From positions 148,498-212,497 of the IMG/VR virus record IMGVR_UViG_3300010885_025649: DNA of 64,000 nucleotides. One strand, given 5' to 3'. The stretch's first letter is position 1, and each line of letters starts with the position of its first letter. Below are positions 7,950 through 15,863 of the stretch, piece after piece. Under the pieces are notes generated by a model, which was not told the DNA's origin, did no database searches, and was given only the letters and a program-made list of their open reading frames with translations. The position numbers were made by a program, and so were the translations under genes.

Positions 7950-8372
7950 TTAAACAGTGTAATCACGGCACAAAGTGCCAAACCCTAGGGGGTTTACAGT
8001 ACACGGAAGCCGCCACTCCCCGGTGGCGTATTTACACGCCTCACAGGGATTAGGTTCCTGTTCCGCACACCAACGGTTGTAAGCTTCTACCGCATCTGGC
8101 TCAAGCTGTTCATCTTGAGCAAGGTGGTAGGCCTCCCGGCGCTCTTGCTCCGTCAGCTCCCGCGGGTCTAACCATGCGTCATAAGCGGGAGAGTTCTCCC
8201 AAAGACACATAGCGATTTCTTCCCGAATCGCCCGTTGGCGATCAGTGAGCAGACGAGTTGGAACTCCGACCCAAGGATCTTGCAGCACAGACTGCTTAGC
8301 AGCCCAGCGCTCAAAATCCCAGTGGTTTTGGTTGACCAAAACGATCTTGGTAGCCTGAGTAACTTTAAACAT
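7950..8372 (-). CDS. protein with C-terminal CxxC..CTVNP..C domain (DUF6464-like)
   Basis: CEACKYATGEWRLPCTVNPLGFGTLCRDYTV; start MFKVT after AAGGAG. Confidence 0.7.
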   Translation of the reverse strand: MFKVTQATKIVLVNQNHWDFERWAAKQSVLQDPWVGVPTRLLTDRQRAIREEIAMCLWENSPAYDAWLDPRELTEQERREAYHLAQDEQLEPDAVEAYNRWCAEQEPNPCEACKYATGEWRLPCTVNPLGFGTLCRDYTV

Positions 8373-8396
8373 TTGCGCTCCTTTAATAGTGGAGGA

Positions 8397-8472
8397 CAAA
8401 TAAAGAGTCGATAATACTTATCCTAGAAAAGAAGTCGGCAATCCCTAGAGAAACTAGGATAGATTGCCAACT
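8397..8472 (-). promoter_or_regulatory. junction J7: hairpin plus tandem motifs
   Basis: AGTCGGCAATC-CCTAGAGAAACTAGG-ATA-GATTGCCAACT. Confidence 0.75.
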
Positions 8473-8476
8473 CAAA

Positions 8477-8989
8477 TTACCACTTCATGGTAGCCTTAGA
8501 CCAGCCATCCGGAGCTGCATCTAATACTTCCATCAGATCTCCCGCCAGGTGGTAGCTAGCAGGAGAGGGCTTTCCAGAAGGCAAGGTCAGCTTCTGAGGC
8601 TCTTCAGCCTCGAAGTCAACCTGAAGAAATAAACGCACCATTGCATCTATTCCTATAGCTTTGGAAAGCCGAAAGGGAGGTAAGTTGCCCCGGTACGAAA
8701 CCGGCGATAGCGTCACGTCAACGCCAATCACACGATTCTCATACTGAAAGACCACATCAGCACCGTATACCCAATCCAGAATGGACCGGGCAGAACAGGT
8801 GTTGATAGGTCTCCCAATGATCCCCTCCAAGCTTTTCAGCTTACGAACACCTAAGAACCGCTGAGCGGTAGCTAGAAGTTCGACTTCGCTTGGACGAGGC
8901 CATGAGGCAAAGGTAGAGGGATGCAGCTCAATCAAACGAATGAACTGCAACTCAACTACCTTAGGATCGTAATACCCATCTTGGGACAT
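8477..8989 (-). CDS. hypothetical protein, possible PD-(D/E)XK nuclease fold
   Basis: LDWVYGADVVFQYENRVIGVDVT; start MSQDG after GAGG. Confidence 0.5.
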   Translation of the reverse strand: MSQDGYYDPKVVELQFIRLIELHPSTFASWPRPSEVELLATAQRFLGVRKLKSLEGIIGRPINTCSARSILDWVYGADVVFQYENRVIGVDVTLSPVSYRGNLPPFRLSKAIGIDAMVRLFLQVDFEAEEPQKLTLPSGKPSPASYHLAGDLMEVLDAAPDGWSKATMKW

Positions 8990-9067
8990 ACGAGTTCCTC
9001 TTGTATTGTGCCAACTCTTGGACGACCACACCAAGAGTAAGAACTACTGACACAGGATTGTAGGACT

Positions 9068-9116
9068 CAGAAAGAAAGTCGCTAACTTCTAGGGAAACTA
9101 GAATAGGTTAGCGACT
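9068..9116 (-). promoter_or_regulatory. junction J8
   Basis: AGTCGCTAAC-TTCTAGGGAAACTAGAA-TAG-GTTAGCGACT; compensatory change in the inner stem. Confidence 0.75.
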
Positions 9117-9122
9117 AATTAA

Positions 9123-9377
9123 TTACGCGTAGTAACGGCAGGAGCTGCCATTAGCACGGGCGGTACGGCCCGCACGATCAAACTTGACGCGGCTTTTGCC
9201 GTCACGGTTGTTTTTGCTACGGCTAAAGCAGGAACGGCAAGCGCTGGGATTACCCCAGAACCCGCCGTCAAACTTGGCATCGCCTGCCAAGAAGGTTCCG
9301 GAAGCAACGTAATAAAAGAAGGTGTTACCACCTTTCCCGTATACGTAGCTTTCCTCATCGTGAGTAACTTTAAACAT
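9123..9377 (-). CDS. 84-aa basic hypothetical protein
   Basis: start MFKVT after AAGGAG; leader nearly identical to that of 7950..8372. Confidence 0.65.
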   Translation of the reverse strand: MFKVTHDEESYVYGKGGNTFFYYVASGTFLAGDAKFDGGFWGNPSACRSCFSRSKNNRDGKSRVKFDRAGRTARANGSSCRYYA

Positions 9378-9401
9378 TTGCACTCCTTTAATAGTGGAGA
9401 A

Positions 9402-9455
9402 CAAATAAATAGTCGATATATACAGAAAAGAAGTCGAGGGAAGGCCCCTCAACTT
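9402..9455 (-). promoter_or_regulatory. junction J9: hairpin plus tandem motifs
   Basis: AAGTCGAGGG-AAGGC-CCCTCAACTT. Confidence 0.75.
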
Positions 9456-9461
9456 CATTAA

Positions 9462-10034
9462 TTAACGTTTACGCGCCGCCCGAAGGTGGAATACAAAACG
9501 ACTGGGTAAACGATAGCGTTCTGTAAGCGGATCACTCAGGACTGAGATCAGAAGATCCCAATCCCTCTTGGGTAGGGAAGCCACCTTAGGCATTATATCA
9601 AATAACACCCCTGCATCACAAACCCTCCATCTATACCTGATGAAGTTCAGATCTCCATCAAGAAGGTATTCTCTACGCAGGCAAGGTTTTACCTTACCAT
9701 TGTAGTAAACAGAGATTACTCCTCCATCCCGGCGAATGCCAAAGTATGCATTTCTCATTTGTATGAGAATGTATACTAAAGCATTAATTAGCATAAAGTG
9801 CGCATGCACTCGCCCATTATACTTGAAGGGAACTTTAGGCCCCACATCAAATATAATGTCAACATCTGGAAGAAACCCATAGTGGCAGGCTTCCCAAGCC
9901 GTGGCCACCCCGGAGATGGGGAGCCACACCAACACATCCCCTGTAGACAGGGTTACTGTCCGAGTGATTTCAAAATCAAAGGGACACGAAATAAACTGAG
10001 CATACTGCTCATTTGAAAGCATGTAGTGTTTCAT
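9462..10034 (-). CDS. hypothetical protein, paralogue of 11175..11813
   Basis: shared FDF.I/V..V..T.G.V....P and KR..D.LI..LS.P...LRAARK. Confidence 0.65.
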   Translation of the reverse strand: MKHYMLSNEQYAQFISCPFDFEITRTVTLSTGDVLVWLPISGVATAWEACHYGFLPDVDIIFDVGPKVPFKYNGRVHAHFMLINALVYILIQMRNAYFGIRRDGGVISVYYNGKVKPCLRREYLLDGDLNFIRYRWRVCDAGVLFDIMPKVASLPKRDWDLLISVLSDPLTERYRLPSRFVFHLRAARKR

Positions 10035-10097
10035 GGCTTTTTAAACTCCCTTTAGAGTACAGGTAACCACACCTGGAGTCCACAAAAGGGATGAACT

Positions 10098-10144
10098 CAG
10101 AAAAGAAGTCGTAGCTAGCCCCATCATGGCGTTCAGCTACGACT
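10098..10144 (-). promoter_or_regulatory. junction J10
   Basis: CAGAAAAGA-AGTCGTAGCT..AGCTACGACT. Confidence 0.7.
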
Positions 10145-10234
10145 ATCTTAGATATACTCTCTCCTATGCGGTTATTGCAGTAGTACGAGAGCTTCTGTTC
10201 CCAGGCTTATTCAGCCCGATGTATAGAGAAACTC

Positions 10235-10429
10235 TTAGCGGATGTAGATCCGTTTCTGAGTTTTCTCTACTGTGCAAGTTGCGCTATTAAACGCAGGATC
10301 GCACAGGGTATACAACAGTTGATATTCTTGGCGAACATCTTTGTACTGTGTATTACCTACATACACACTATATCCTTGGTACATGACCAAGTGGATAAGT
10401 GTGCTTAGAGAGATTAGTAATGGGTGCAT
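10235..10429 (-). CDS. hypothetical protein
   Basis: 64 aa, GGAG upstream, long structured leader. Confidence 0.55.
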   Translation of the reverse strand: MHPLLISLSTLIHLVMYQGYSVYVGNTQYKDVRQEYQLLYTLCDPAFNSATCTVEKTQKRIYIR

Positions 10430-10545
10430 TACTAACTCCGTAAGTCCCTCCGAGTAACGTCCTTAGGGGTCTACGTATCCGCTATTAATTCTCTTCGACA
10501 AGAGAACCACAGGTTAAACCCGGAGTTGACGGATAAAGTGCAACT

Positions 10546-10594
10546 CAAATAAAGAGTCGGAACTTCCTAGGGAAACTAGGATAAAGCTCCGACT
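10546..10594 (-). promoter_or_regulatory. junction J11
   Basis: AGTCGGAACTT-CCTAGGGAAACTAGG-ATA-AAGCTCCGACT. Confidence 0.75.
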
Positions 10595-10601
10595 ATATCA
10601 C

Positions 10602-11057
10602 TTAAACTGTGTAGTCACGACACCCCTGCCCAAAGGCCAGGGGATTTACGCCACAAGGGAGGAGAGCCTCCCCTGTGGCGTATACACAGCCCTTGCAAAG
10701 GTTTTCCGACTCCGGATATGCCGGTGGCGGACTATATAATTGGTATGCCGGGTGAAGGGCAATATTGCCCTCAAATACCGGTGGCAGATCTTGCCACCGG
10801 TCCTCCCACACCCATACCGTTATGTGACATGCCCAGAAGGGCAGTAACGGTATGGCACCGTCTGCATCCTGCACAGGCAGGATGACCATATAATTATTAA
10901 ATTGCGGATCCTGATAGTGGATCCGAACGCGGGGAGTTTCCCTCGCCTCAATCTTAGCCGTGCTAAGATTAAGGTTGGCTTGGGCTTTCGCCCGTTTTGC
11001 TGCATACGCAGCGTATCCGGGAAACGTAGCCAATGTAGCCAGGTTGGTACGTGCCAT
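10602..11057 (-). CDS. protein with C-terminal CxxC..CGVNP..C domain (DUF6464-like)
   Basis: CKGCVYATGEALLPCGVNPLAFGQGCRDYTV; start MARTN after GGAGAG. Confidence 0.7.
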   Translation of the reverse strand: MARTNLATLATFPGYAAYAAKRAKAQANLNLSTAKIEARETPRVRIHYQDPQFNNYMVILPVQDADGAIPLLPFWACHITVWVWEDRWQDLPPVFEGNIALHPAYQLYSPPPAYPESENLCKGCVYATGEALLPCGVNPLAFGQGCRDYTV

Positions 11058-11095
11058 GTGTCTCTCCAATAAGCCGCCTTTAAAAGAGGGCAGCT

Positions 11096-11171
11096 CAAAT
11101 AAAGAGTCGATAATACTTATCCTAGAAAAGAAGTCGGAACTTCCTAGGGAAACTAGGATAAAGCTCCGACT
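11096..11171 (-). promoter_or_regulatory. junction J12: hairpin plus tandem motifs
   Basis: hairpin identical to J11, spacer identical to J7 and J13. Confidence 0.75.
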
Positions 11172-11174
11172 TAG

Positions 11175-11813
11175 TTATGCTTTACGAGCAGCACGAAGGC
11201 GCGCCACTAAATCTTTAGGCACTTGACGACAAGGACCAGACAAGATACCTATCAAGGTATCATACTCTCGCTTTGAAAACGCGTCCATCCCAGCGATTAG
11301 CCAGGACTCTCCATCGGGACGTTCAACCCTCCAACCGGTGTTAACCGGCACTGGGGACCAAGTCCACCAGCTACCATGAGGTAAGGTAGACTTATGCAGC
11401 AAGGCATAAATCTTGTTACCCCGCTCTAAGTAAAGCGTGTTTCCACTAATTTCTAGCCTCAAACTAAACCTGACCAAGATCTTGATCACCGTGGCAAGGT
11501 GCCACTTATATACGTAAAGCTTAACATTGTAGCGGTTAATCTCCGGTGGCTCAACGGGAGCCAACATTACTGCGGCTACCCAAAGGAGGCAGCGCACCGC
11601 TGCTGGAGGGCAACTTACACCCTCCGCATAGTACGAGCCAGGGGCTAGACACCCCGGAATTTGTGATACCTGTAGGAGAGCGGTATAGCCCTCCTTGGGA
11701 ATGAGTAGAATAACTCGACCCATGGTTGTGGGCACGACGGCCCTCACATTAAAGTCAAACATCCCGGTCAGGATGGACGAAACTTTTTCTTCGGTCACGT
11801 TTACTTTAAACAT
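11175..11813 (-). CDS. hypothetical protein, paralogue of 9462..10034
   Basis: 212 aa, ends LRAARKA. Confidence 0.65.
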   Translation of the reverse strand: MFKVNVTEEKVSSILTGMFDFNVRAVVPTTMGRVILLIPKEGYTALLQVSQIPGCLAPGSYYAEGVSCPPAAVRCLLWVAAVMLAPVEPPEINRYNVKLYVYKWHLATVIKILVRFSLRLEISGNTLYLERGNKIYALLHKSTLPHGSWWTWSPVPVNTGWRVERPDGESWLIAGMDAFSKREYDTLIGILSGPCRQVPKDLVARLRAARKA

Positions 11814-11854
11814 CTTGATGTCTCCAATAAGCCGCCTTTAAAAGAGGGCGAACT

Positions 11855-11920
11855 CAAATAAAGAGTCGATAATACTTATCCTAGAAAAACTGTCGAATGT
11901 AGTGCTAGTACATCCGACAG
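11855..11920 (-). promoter_or_regulatory. junction J13: hairpin plus tandem motifs
   Basis: CTGTCGAATGTA..TACATCCGACAG. Confidence 0.7.
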
Positions 11921-11976
11921 CTTGGTGGTCAGTTATTTAGATTGTCTATCCTCGCAGACCTACGAGGGTTAATTGG

Positions 11977-12420
11977 TTACGGGCTATCCGCGCATAAATC
12001 TTCAATGATGCTTAATACATCATCAAAGTCCTGTGCAGGAAATACAACCCCTAACGAAGTGATGACAGCCCAATTAAAGCCATCATGTTCGTAGAAGCCG
12101 TACACACCCAACTTAAATGTGCCGATAACGACATCTAAGCTAAGTGGTTCCACCACAGGAGGTGCCACAGAATAACCCATAAGTACCTGTCCCCAGATGC
12201 CCAGGTCCGTGGCATAACCCTGAATAGCAGGATTAAGCCCATCGCCATAGGCCCAGTGCAGATGCAGGTCTTCAATAACCTCATGAACGGTAATACGAGT
12301 ACCATCCTTGAAGGCCTTGAATCCCCACACCTCACCTTGTGGGTTATAGATTTGCTCAACAGTAATGTTAAGCTCCTCTACAACCCCAACTGGTGGCAGG
12401 AAGAAATGGAGTTTATCCAT
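11977..12420 (-). CDS. hypothetical protein
   Basis: start MDKLH after AAAGGAG. Confidence 0.65.
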   Translation of the reverse strand: MDKLHFFLPPVGVVEELNITVEQIYNPQGEVWGFKAFKDGTRITVHEVIEDLHLHWAYGDGLNPAIQGYATDLGIWGQVLMGYSVAPPVVEPLSLDVVIGTFKLGVYGFYEHDGFNWAVITSLGVVFPAQDFDDVLSIIEDLCADSP

Positions 12421-12484
12421 GTTCTCCTTTCTCCCGCGTGCAGATAACCAGCTAGTTATCCTACGTCTTATGGAGTTCAATCAA

Positions 12485-12558
12485 CAAATAAAGAGTCGAT
12501 AATAATTAATCTAGAAAAGAAGTCGCTAACCCCTAGAGACTAGGATAAGTTAGCGACT
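12485..12558 (-). promoter_or_regulatory. junction J14: hairpin plus tandem motifs
   Basis: AGTCGCTAACC-CCTAGAGACTAGG-ATA-AGTTAGCGACT. Confidence 0.75.
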
Positions 12559-12564
12559 TAACTT

Positions 12565-12639
12565 TTAGAAGCTAAAGTACGCGATGATCATCGCTATAAT
12601 AGCGATGAACAAAGAACCTTCAGCAATCTTCTTCAACAC
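12565..12639 (-). CDS. 24-aa single-TM peptide
   Basis: TAAGGAGGTGA then MLKKIAEGSLFIAIIAMIIAYFSF*, occupying its own cassette. Confidence 0.6.
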   Translation of the reverse strand: MLKKIAEGSLFIAIIAMIIAYFSF

Positions 12640-12664
12640 AGAAATCACCTCCTTAGGTGTGTAC

Positions 12665-12696
12665 CTAAAGAAGAGGTCGGGGTATTCCCCCGACCT
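12665..12696 (-). promoter_or_regulatory. junction J15
   Basis: AGGTCGGGG-TATTC-CCCCGACCT. Confidence 0.7.
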
Positions 12697-12700
12697 ACTA

Positions 12701-13249
12701 TTAATCTTTACTAAACGTTAAGACACCTCCAGTATCAAGGTAGATACGAAGGATTTCCCAATCGCTTTTATACGATAGGTGTGGAAGGAGTTTTTGAAGA
12801 TCTCCTTTCATACCCATACGTATAAGCAAATCTGGGGTTTGGAGCCACGAACTCCAGTTGAGTTGGTTTGTGCAGTGACTAAACCAATCATTATCTAAAT
12901 TGCCCGTACGAGCAAGTTGACTGATTTGGGAATCAGTCAAGGTGTAAAACTTCTTATCCCGCGCTTTAAGCGGGACAATGAGTTTCCCGGGTAGAGCATT
13001 AGGCCCCACCTGTGCAGCAACTCTCTGCTGTACCCGGATCTCCCCTAAAGGAGTGCCCACGATTCCCCACCAAAGATGGAACAAATCATGAACAGAAGGT
13101 ACTGCTGCCCCCTGTTCAATGTACCACTGACAAAGGGAACCCCCCCCTTGTAGTCTAAATAACTTTATGGGACATTGTTGCTCCGCGTCATCAACGCGGA
13201 TAAACAATAGCGAGCCCATCCGGTGACCACTCTTCTTAGATAATCCCAT
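12701..13249 (-). CDS. hypothetical protein
   Basis: 182 aa ORF, GGAGAGG upstream. Confidence 0.65.
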   Translation of the reverse strand: MGLSKKSGHRMGSLLFIRVDDAEQQCPIKLFRLQGGGSLCQWYIEQGAAVPSVHDLFHLWWGIVGTPLGEIRVQQRVAAQVGPNALPGKLIVPLKARDKKFYTLTDSQISQLARTGNLDNDWFSHCTNQLNWSSWLQTPDLLIRMGMKGDLQKLLPHLSYKSDWEILRIYLDTGGVLTFSKD

Positions 13250-13294
13250 GATCCTCTCCCTGGAGTACCTCTACGAAATTGTAGAGCAGTAGTC

Positions 13295-13333
13295 CAAGAA
13301 AAAGAGTCGGAGGTTGCTAGCCTCCAACTCTTT
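13295..13333 (-). promoter_or_regulatory. junction J16
   Basis: AAAGAGTCGGAGG..CCTCCAACTCTTT. Confidence 0.7.
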
Positions 13334-13339
13334 ATTTAC

Positions 13340-13744
13340 TTATTGCGGTGGGAATTCAAAGAACTCCACGATGGTAGTCAACGGGAGGTGCACCCATTTA
13401 GAGTAATGCACCTCCGTTAACATAACATTTGACGCATAGGGCAGGGTGCCCTCAGTCATGGAGAGTGTAATATGAGGGTGCGTGTTATCGCACACCTCCT
13501 GGATCTCCTCAGGAAGGAGAACTGACAGGGCTTGCACCCTATCATCGTGGTGTGACAGCATAGCTGTCACAATAAGCTGCTGACCAAGCAGGTGTTGATA
13601 GCCGACGCTATCAACCCCGAACTTGAGCGTGCAATGGAAGTGTTTAGCTTCCACTGGAAACTCGAAGTTCACAGCAGCTTTGACTGCTGCGATGGCCTCA
13701 GCAGTCAAAGAAAGCCAAAGAATTCCCTTTGCCATGTCATTCAC
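13340..13744 (-). CDS. 2H phosphoesterase
   Basis: two HxT motifs: FHCTLKF and PHITLS, followed by G..P.ASN.ML; start may be ATG at 13735. Confidence 0.75.
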   Translation of the reverse strand: MNDMAKGILWLSLTAEAIAAVKAAVNFEFPVEAKHFHCTLKFGVDSVGYQHLLGQQLIVTAMLSHHDDRVQALSVLLPEEIQEVCDNTHPHITLSMTEGTLPYASNVMLTEVHYSKWVHLPLTTIVEFFEFPPQ

Positions 13745-13766
13745 CTGGGGTGTGAAAGATTTGCCC

Positions 13767-13814
13767 CAGAAAAGAAGTCGGTAATCCCTAGAGAAACTAG
13801 GATAGATTACCGAC
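13767..13814 (-). promoter_or_regulatory. junction J17
   Basis: GTCGGTAATC-CCTAGAGAAACTAGG-ATA-GATTACCGAC. Confidence 0.75.
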
Positions 13815-13820
13815 AGCTAG

Positions 13821-14168
13821 CTACAGGTAGACCCTGCAGTTAGTCAGGAGTATAGGATACTCCTCTCTTAACCAATCTCGATCCTCCTCTAAAAGAGGGA
13901 CAGGATCCTCATTATCAATACGATAATGAGTGGCACGATTGCACACCTCATCACCGTTCATTATATCTTCAACAATGTAACCATCTAAGGTTACAAACTC
14001 ACTGTTAAACATGGAGCAAAGCTCCTGTGTAATATAGCTCTTACTCCTAAAAGGAGTAATGGGGCCTAAGTCCCCATTGTTAATTTGATCTCTCTCGACT
14101 GTATCCCGGGTAACTTTACCCACAGCCAGTAAACAAAACTCATAGGCCTCAGCAGTAAACTTGATCAT
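13821..14168 (-). CDS. hypothetical protein
   Basis: 115 aa, AAGGAGG RBS. Confidence 0.7.
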   Translation of the reverse strand: MIKFTAEAYEFCLLAVGKVTRDTVERDQINNGDLGPITPFRSKSYITQELCSMFNSEFVTLDGYIVEDIMNGDEVCNRATHYRIDNEDPVPLLEEDRDWLREEYPILLTNCRVYL

Positions 14169-14223
14169 GGTGAACCTCCTTGACAGAGAGGGGAACCACC
14201 CCGAGATCTTTAATAGAGGATCT

Positions 14224-14273
14224 CAGAAAAAGAGTCGAAGACTATAAGAGGAGGCTCTTACAATCTTCGACTC
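14224..14273 (-). promoter_or_regulatory. junction J18
   Basis: GAGTCGAAGA..TAAGAG-GAGG-CTCTTA..TCTTCGACTC. Confidence 0.7.
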
Positions 14274-14276
14274 CAG

Positions 14277-14615
14277 TTAGGCATCATAAACAAGGGTATT
14301 ACCCCCAGCTTTCTGAAAGCCTAAACTTAAGAAGGCCAAGCTCCGATGCTCAGCCAAGCCATCCCCCTCATAAGGAATGGCCATTACTTCAACCCCAGCC
14401 AAGGGGCCAGCGGTCCATTGGCTGAAGGTACGACAAAGCCATCGTACAATCCGGACTTTCGTCCTAACTTCAGCACTAACAATAGTATAACTATTATTAA
14501 TGCTAAAGCTAATAGACCCCGAGCTTGCAGTCCCACGGAACTCAAGCTCAACGGCAACCCCATCAATTAGGGTTACCGCTTTGATAATGTCTAGTTCCAT
14601 ATTAGAAACTATCAC
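14277..14615 (-). CDS. hypothetical protein, paralogue of 14914..15306
   Basis: AIPYEGDGLAEHRSLAFLSLGF; start uncertain, no SD seen. Confidence 0.6.
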   Translation of the reverse strand: MIVSNMELDIIKAVTLIDGVAVELEFRGTASSGSISFSINNSYTIVSAEVRTKVRIVRWLCRTFSQWTAGPLAGVEVMAIPYEGDGLAEHRSLAFLSLGFQKAGGNTLVYDA

Positions 14616-14617
14616 AA

Positions 14618-14647
14618 CAGAAAAAGAGTCGAGGCAGTTGCCCCGAC
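14618..14647 (-). promoter_or_regulatory. junction J19
   Basis: CAGAAAAAGA-GTCGAGGC-AGTT-GCCCCGAC. Confidence 0.7.
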
Positions 14648-14691
14648 ATCTTAGTTAGAATTTCTTACCCGCGCTAACTACGCGGACACCC

Positions 14692-14847
14692 CTAAAGTCC
14701 AGCCCCAAGCTGGTCTAGGGTGATGAACCCTAGCCTCCAAGCTTGAAGCCAACAGTTGGAAGGGGTGCACTCCTCAACTGTTGTGAACATCTTCACTACC
14801 AACTGGCGCTCAGCATCAGTCAGTAACAAAGCTAACTGTGGGCACAT
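14692..14847 (-). CDS. 51-aa small protein
   Basis: TAAGGAGGTGA then MCPQLALLLTDAERQ...GAGL*. Confidence 0.6.
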   Translation of the reverse strand: MCPQLALLLTDAERQLVVKMFTTVEECTPSNCWLQAWRLGFITLDQLGAGL

Positions 14848-14876
14848 AAAGAATCACCTCCTTAAGGTTATGCTCA

Positions 14877-14915
14877 CAGAAAAGAAGTCGAAGGGAAGGC
14901 CCTCCAACTTCTTTT
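14877..14915 (-). promoter_or_regulatory. junction J20
   Basis: AAGAAGTCGAAGGG-AAGG-CCCTCCAACTTCTT. Confidence 0.7.
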
Positions 14916-15306
14916 AGGTGATAAGAAAATAACTATCACCATACTCGGCAAAGCCGAGTGAATCAAGAAATTTGCAGCGGACACTGTGATGGCCATCACC
15001 ATCACAGGGAAACGCGCAAACAATGGTGTTTGCGGGGAGACCCGCGATGTGTGCTTTTACAGCACGGTACGCGGTACGGACCGCGCTTGTTGGGACGACG
15101 CTGTGGTTAGCAGCATTGTAACCAACGGAGCCATTAACATCTGCATCGAGGACGATGCAGCTGACGTAATCATCACCGAAGAAGTCTTCGGTGACGAAGA
15201 AGTTGACGCTAAGCGCGCCAACGGTGATATCAGCATTGAAGCTGACATCAACAGGAGTATTAGATACTCCTGCTTTGAGATTAGTAAGTTGGCGAATGGT
15301 ATTCAT
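14914..15306 (-). CDS. hypothetical protein, paralogue of 14277..14615
   Basis: AFPCDGDGHHSVRCKFLDSLGF; AAGGAGG RBS. Confidence 0.65.
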   Translation of the reverse strand: MNTIRQLTNLKAGVSNTPVDVSFNADITVGALSVNFFVTEDFFGDDYVSCIVLDADVNGSVGYNAANHSVVPTSAVRTAYRAVKAHIAGLPANTIVCAFPCDGDGHHSVRCKFLDSLGFAEYGDSYFLIT

Positions 15307-15341
15307 TCCCCCCCTCCTTCTGTTACCCAGATTAGGTAACT

Positions 15342-15411
15342 CAAATAAAAAGTCGGAGGATACAGAAAGAAAGTCGTTAACTCCTAGGGAAACTAGGATA
15401 AGTTAACGACT
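15342..15411 (-). promoter_or_regulatory. junction J21: hairpin plus tandem motifs
   Basis: hairpin identical to J3. Confidence 0.75.
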
Positions 15412-15417
15412 AGTCAC

Positions 15418-15540
15418 TTAAGGGCAGCGATAAACGATGCAGATGGCTGCATCGAGAGTAGCCAAATACAGGGCTAATCCAACGTTGACAAGAATCGCGG
15501 CGAGGGCCGCGATTAAAATATCCAATGCGTATTTGCGCAT
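15418..15540 (-). CDS. 40-aa membrane peptide
   Basis: AAGGAG then MRKYALDILIAALAAILVNVGLALYLATLDAAICIVYRCP*. Confidence 0.6.
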   Translation of the reverse strand: MRKYALDILIAALAAILVNVGLALYLATLDAAICIVYRCP

Positions 15541-15571
15541 GGTGTCTCCTTGTTACCCAGATTAGGTAACT

Positions 15572-15627
15572 CAAATAAAAAGTCGGTATATACAGAAAAG
15601 AAGTCGGTAACCAAGGGGTTACCGACT
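15572..15627 (-). promoter_or_regulatory. junction J22: hairpin plus tandem motifs
   Basis: AGTCGGTAACC-AAGG-GGTTACCGACT. Confidence 0.75.
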
Positions 15628-15633
15628 ATGAGA

Positions 15634-15840
15634 TTAGAATCCAAGGGCGCTAAGGCCATCTTGGATTGTCTTGAGTCTAGTTGGGGTGGTACGATACCCC
15701 CCTGCTAGACAGACAAGATGAAAATATAAATCTGGGTTTTTTGTACAAAACGGATTTGCCGAGTATACGGTATCCACCGAAGGGGTGAACACGGAAACGG
15801 AAACGGAAACAATCAAAACAAAACGGATTAACTTTGACAT
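15634..15840 (-). CDS. small protein with possible signal peptide
   Basis: MSKLIRFVLIVSVSVSVFTP; TAAGGAG RBS; first gene of the array. Confidence 0.6.
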   Translation of the reverse strand: MSKLIRFVLIVSVSVSVFTPSVDTVYSANPFCTKNPDLYFHLVCLAGGYRTTPTRLKTIQDGLSALGF

Positions 15841-15863
15841 TTGAACTCCTTAATAGTGGAGGA

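Noticed and set aside
6956-12480. Longer ORF-track starts (7303, 8399, 9034, 9458, 11069, 12480)
   Set aside because: The extensions translate the shared leader or junction sequence; SD-supported ATGs lie downstream
22-15406. Plus-strand ORFs in the left region, including those ending PRETRI and 2547..2804
   Set aside because: They are antisense shadows of minus-strand genes or translations of the repeat/structured RNA, with no convincing SD or motifs
6878-15627. N4-type template-strand DNA hairpin promoters
   Set aside because: Stem mismatches are mostly A-C on the template strand and G-U on the transcript, loops vary, and three motifs have no hairpin
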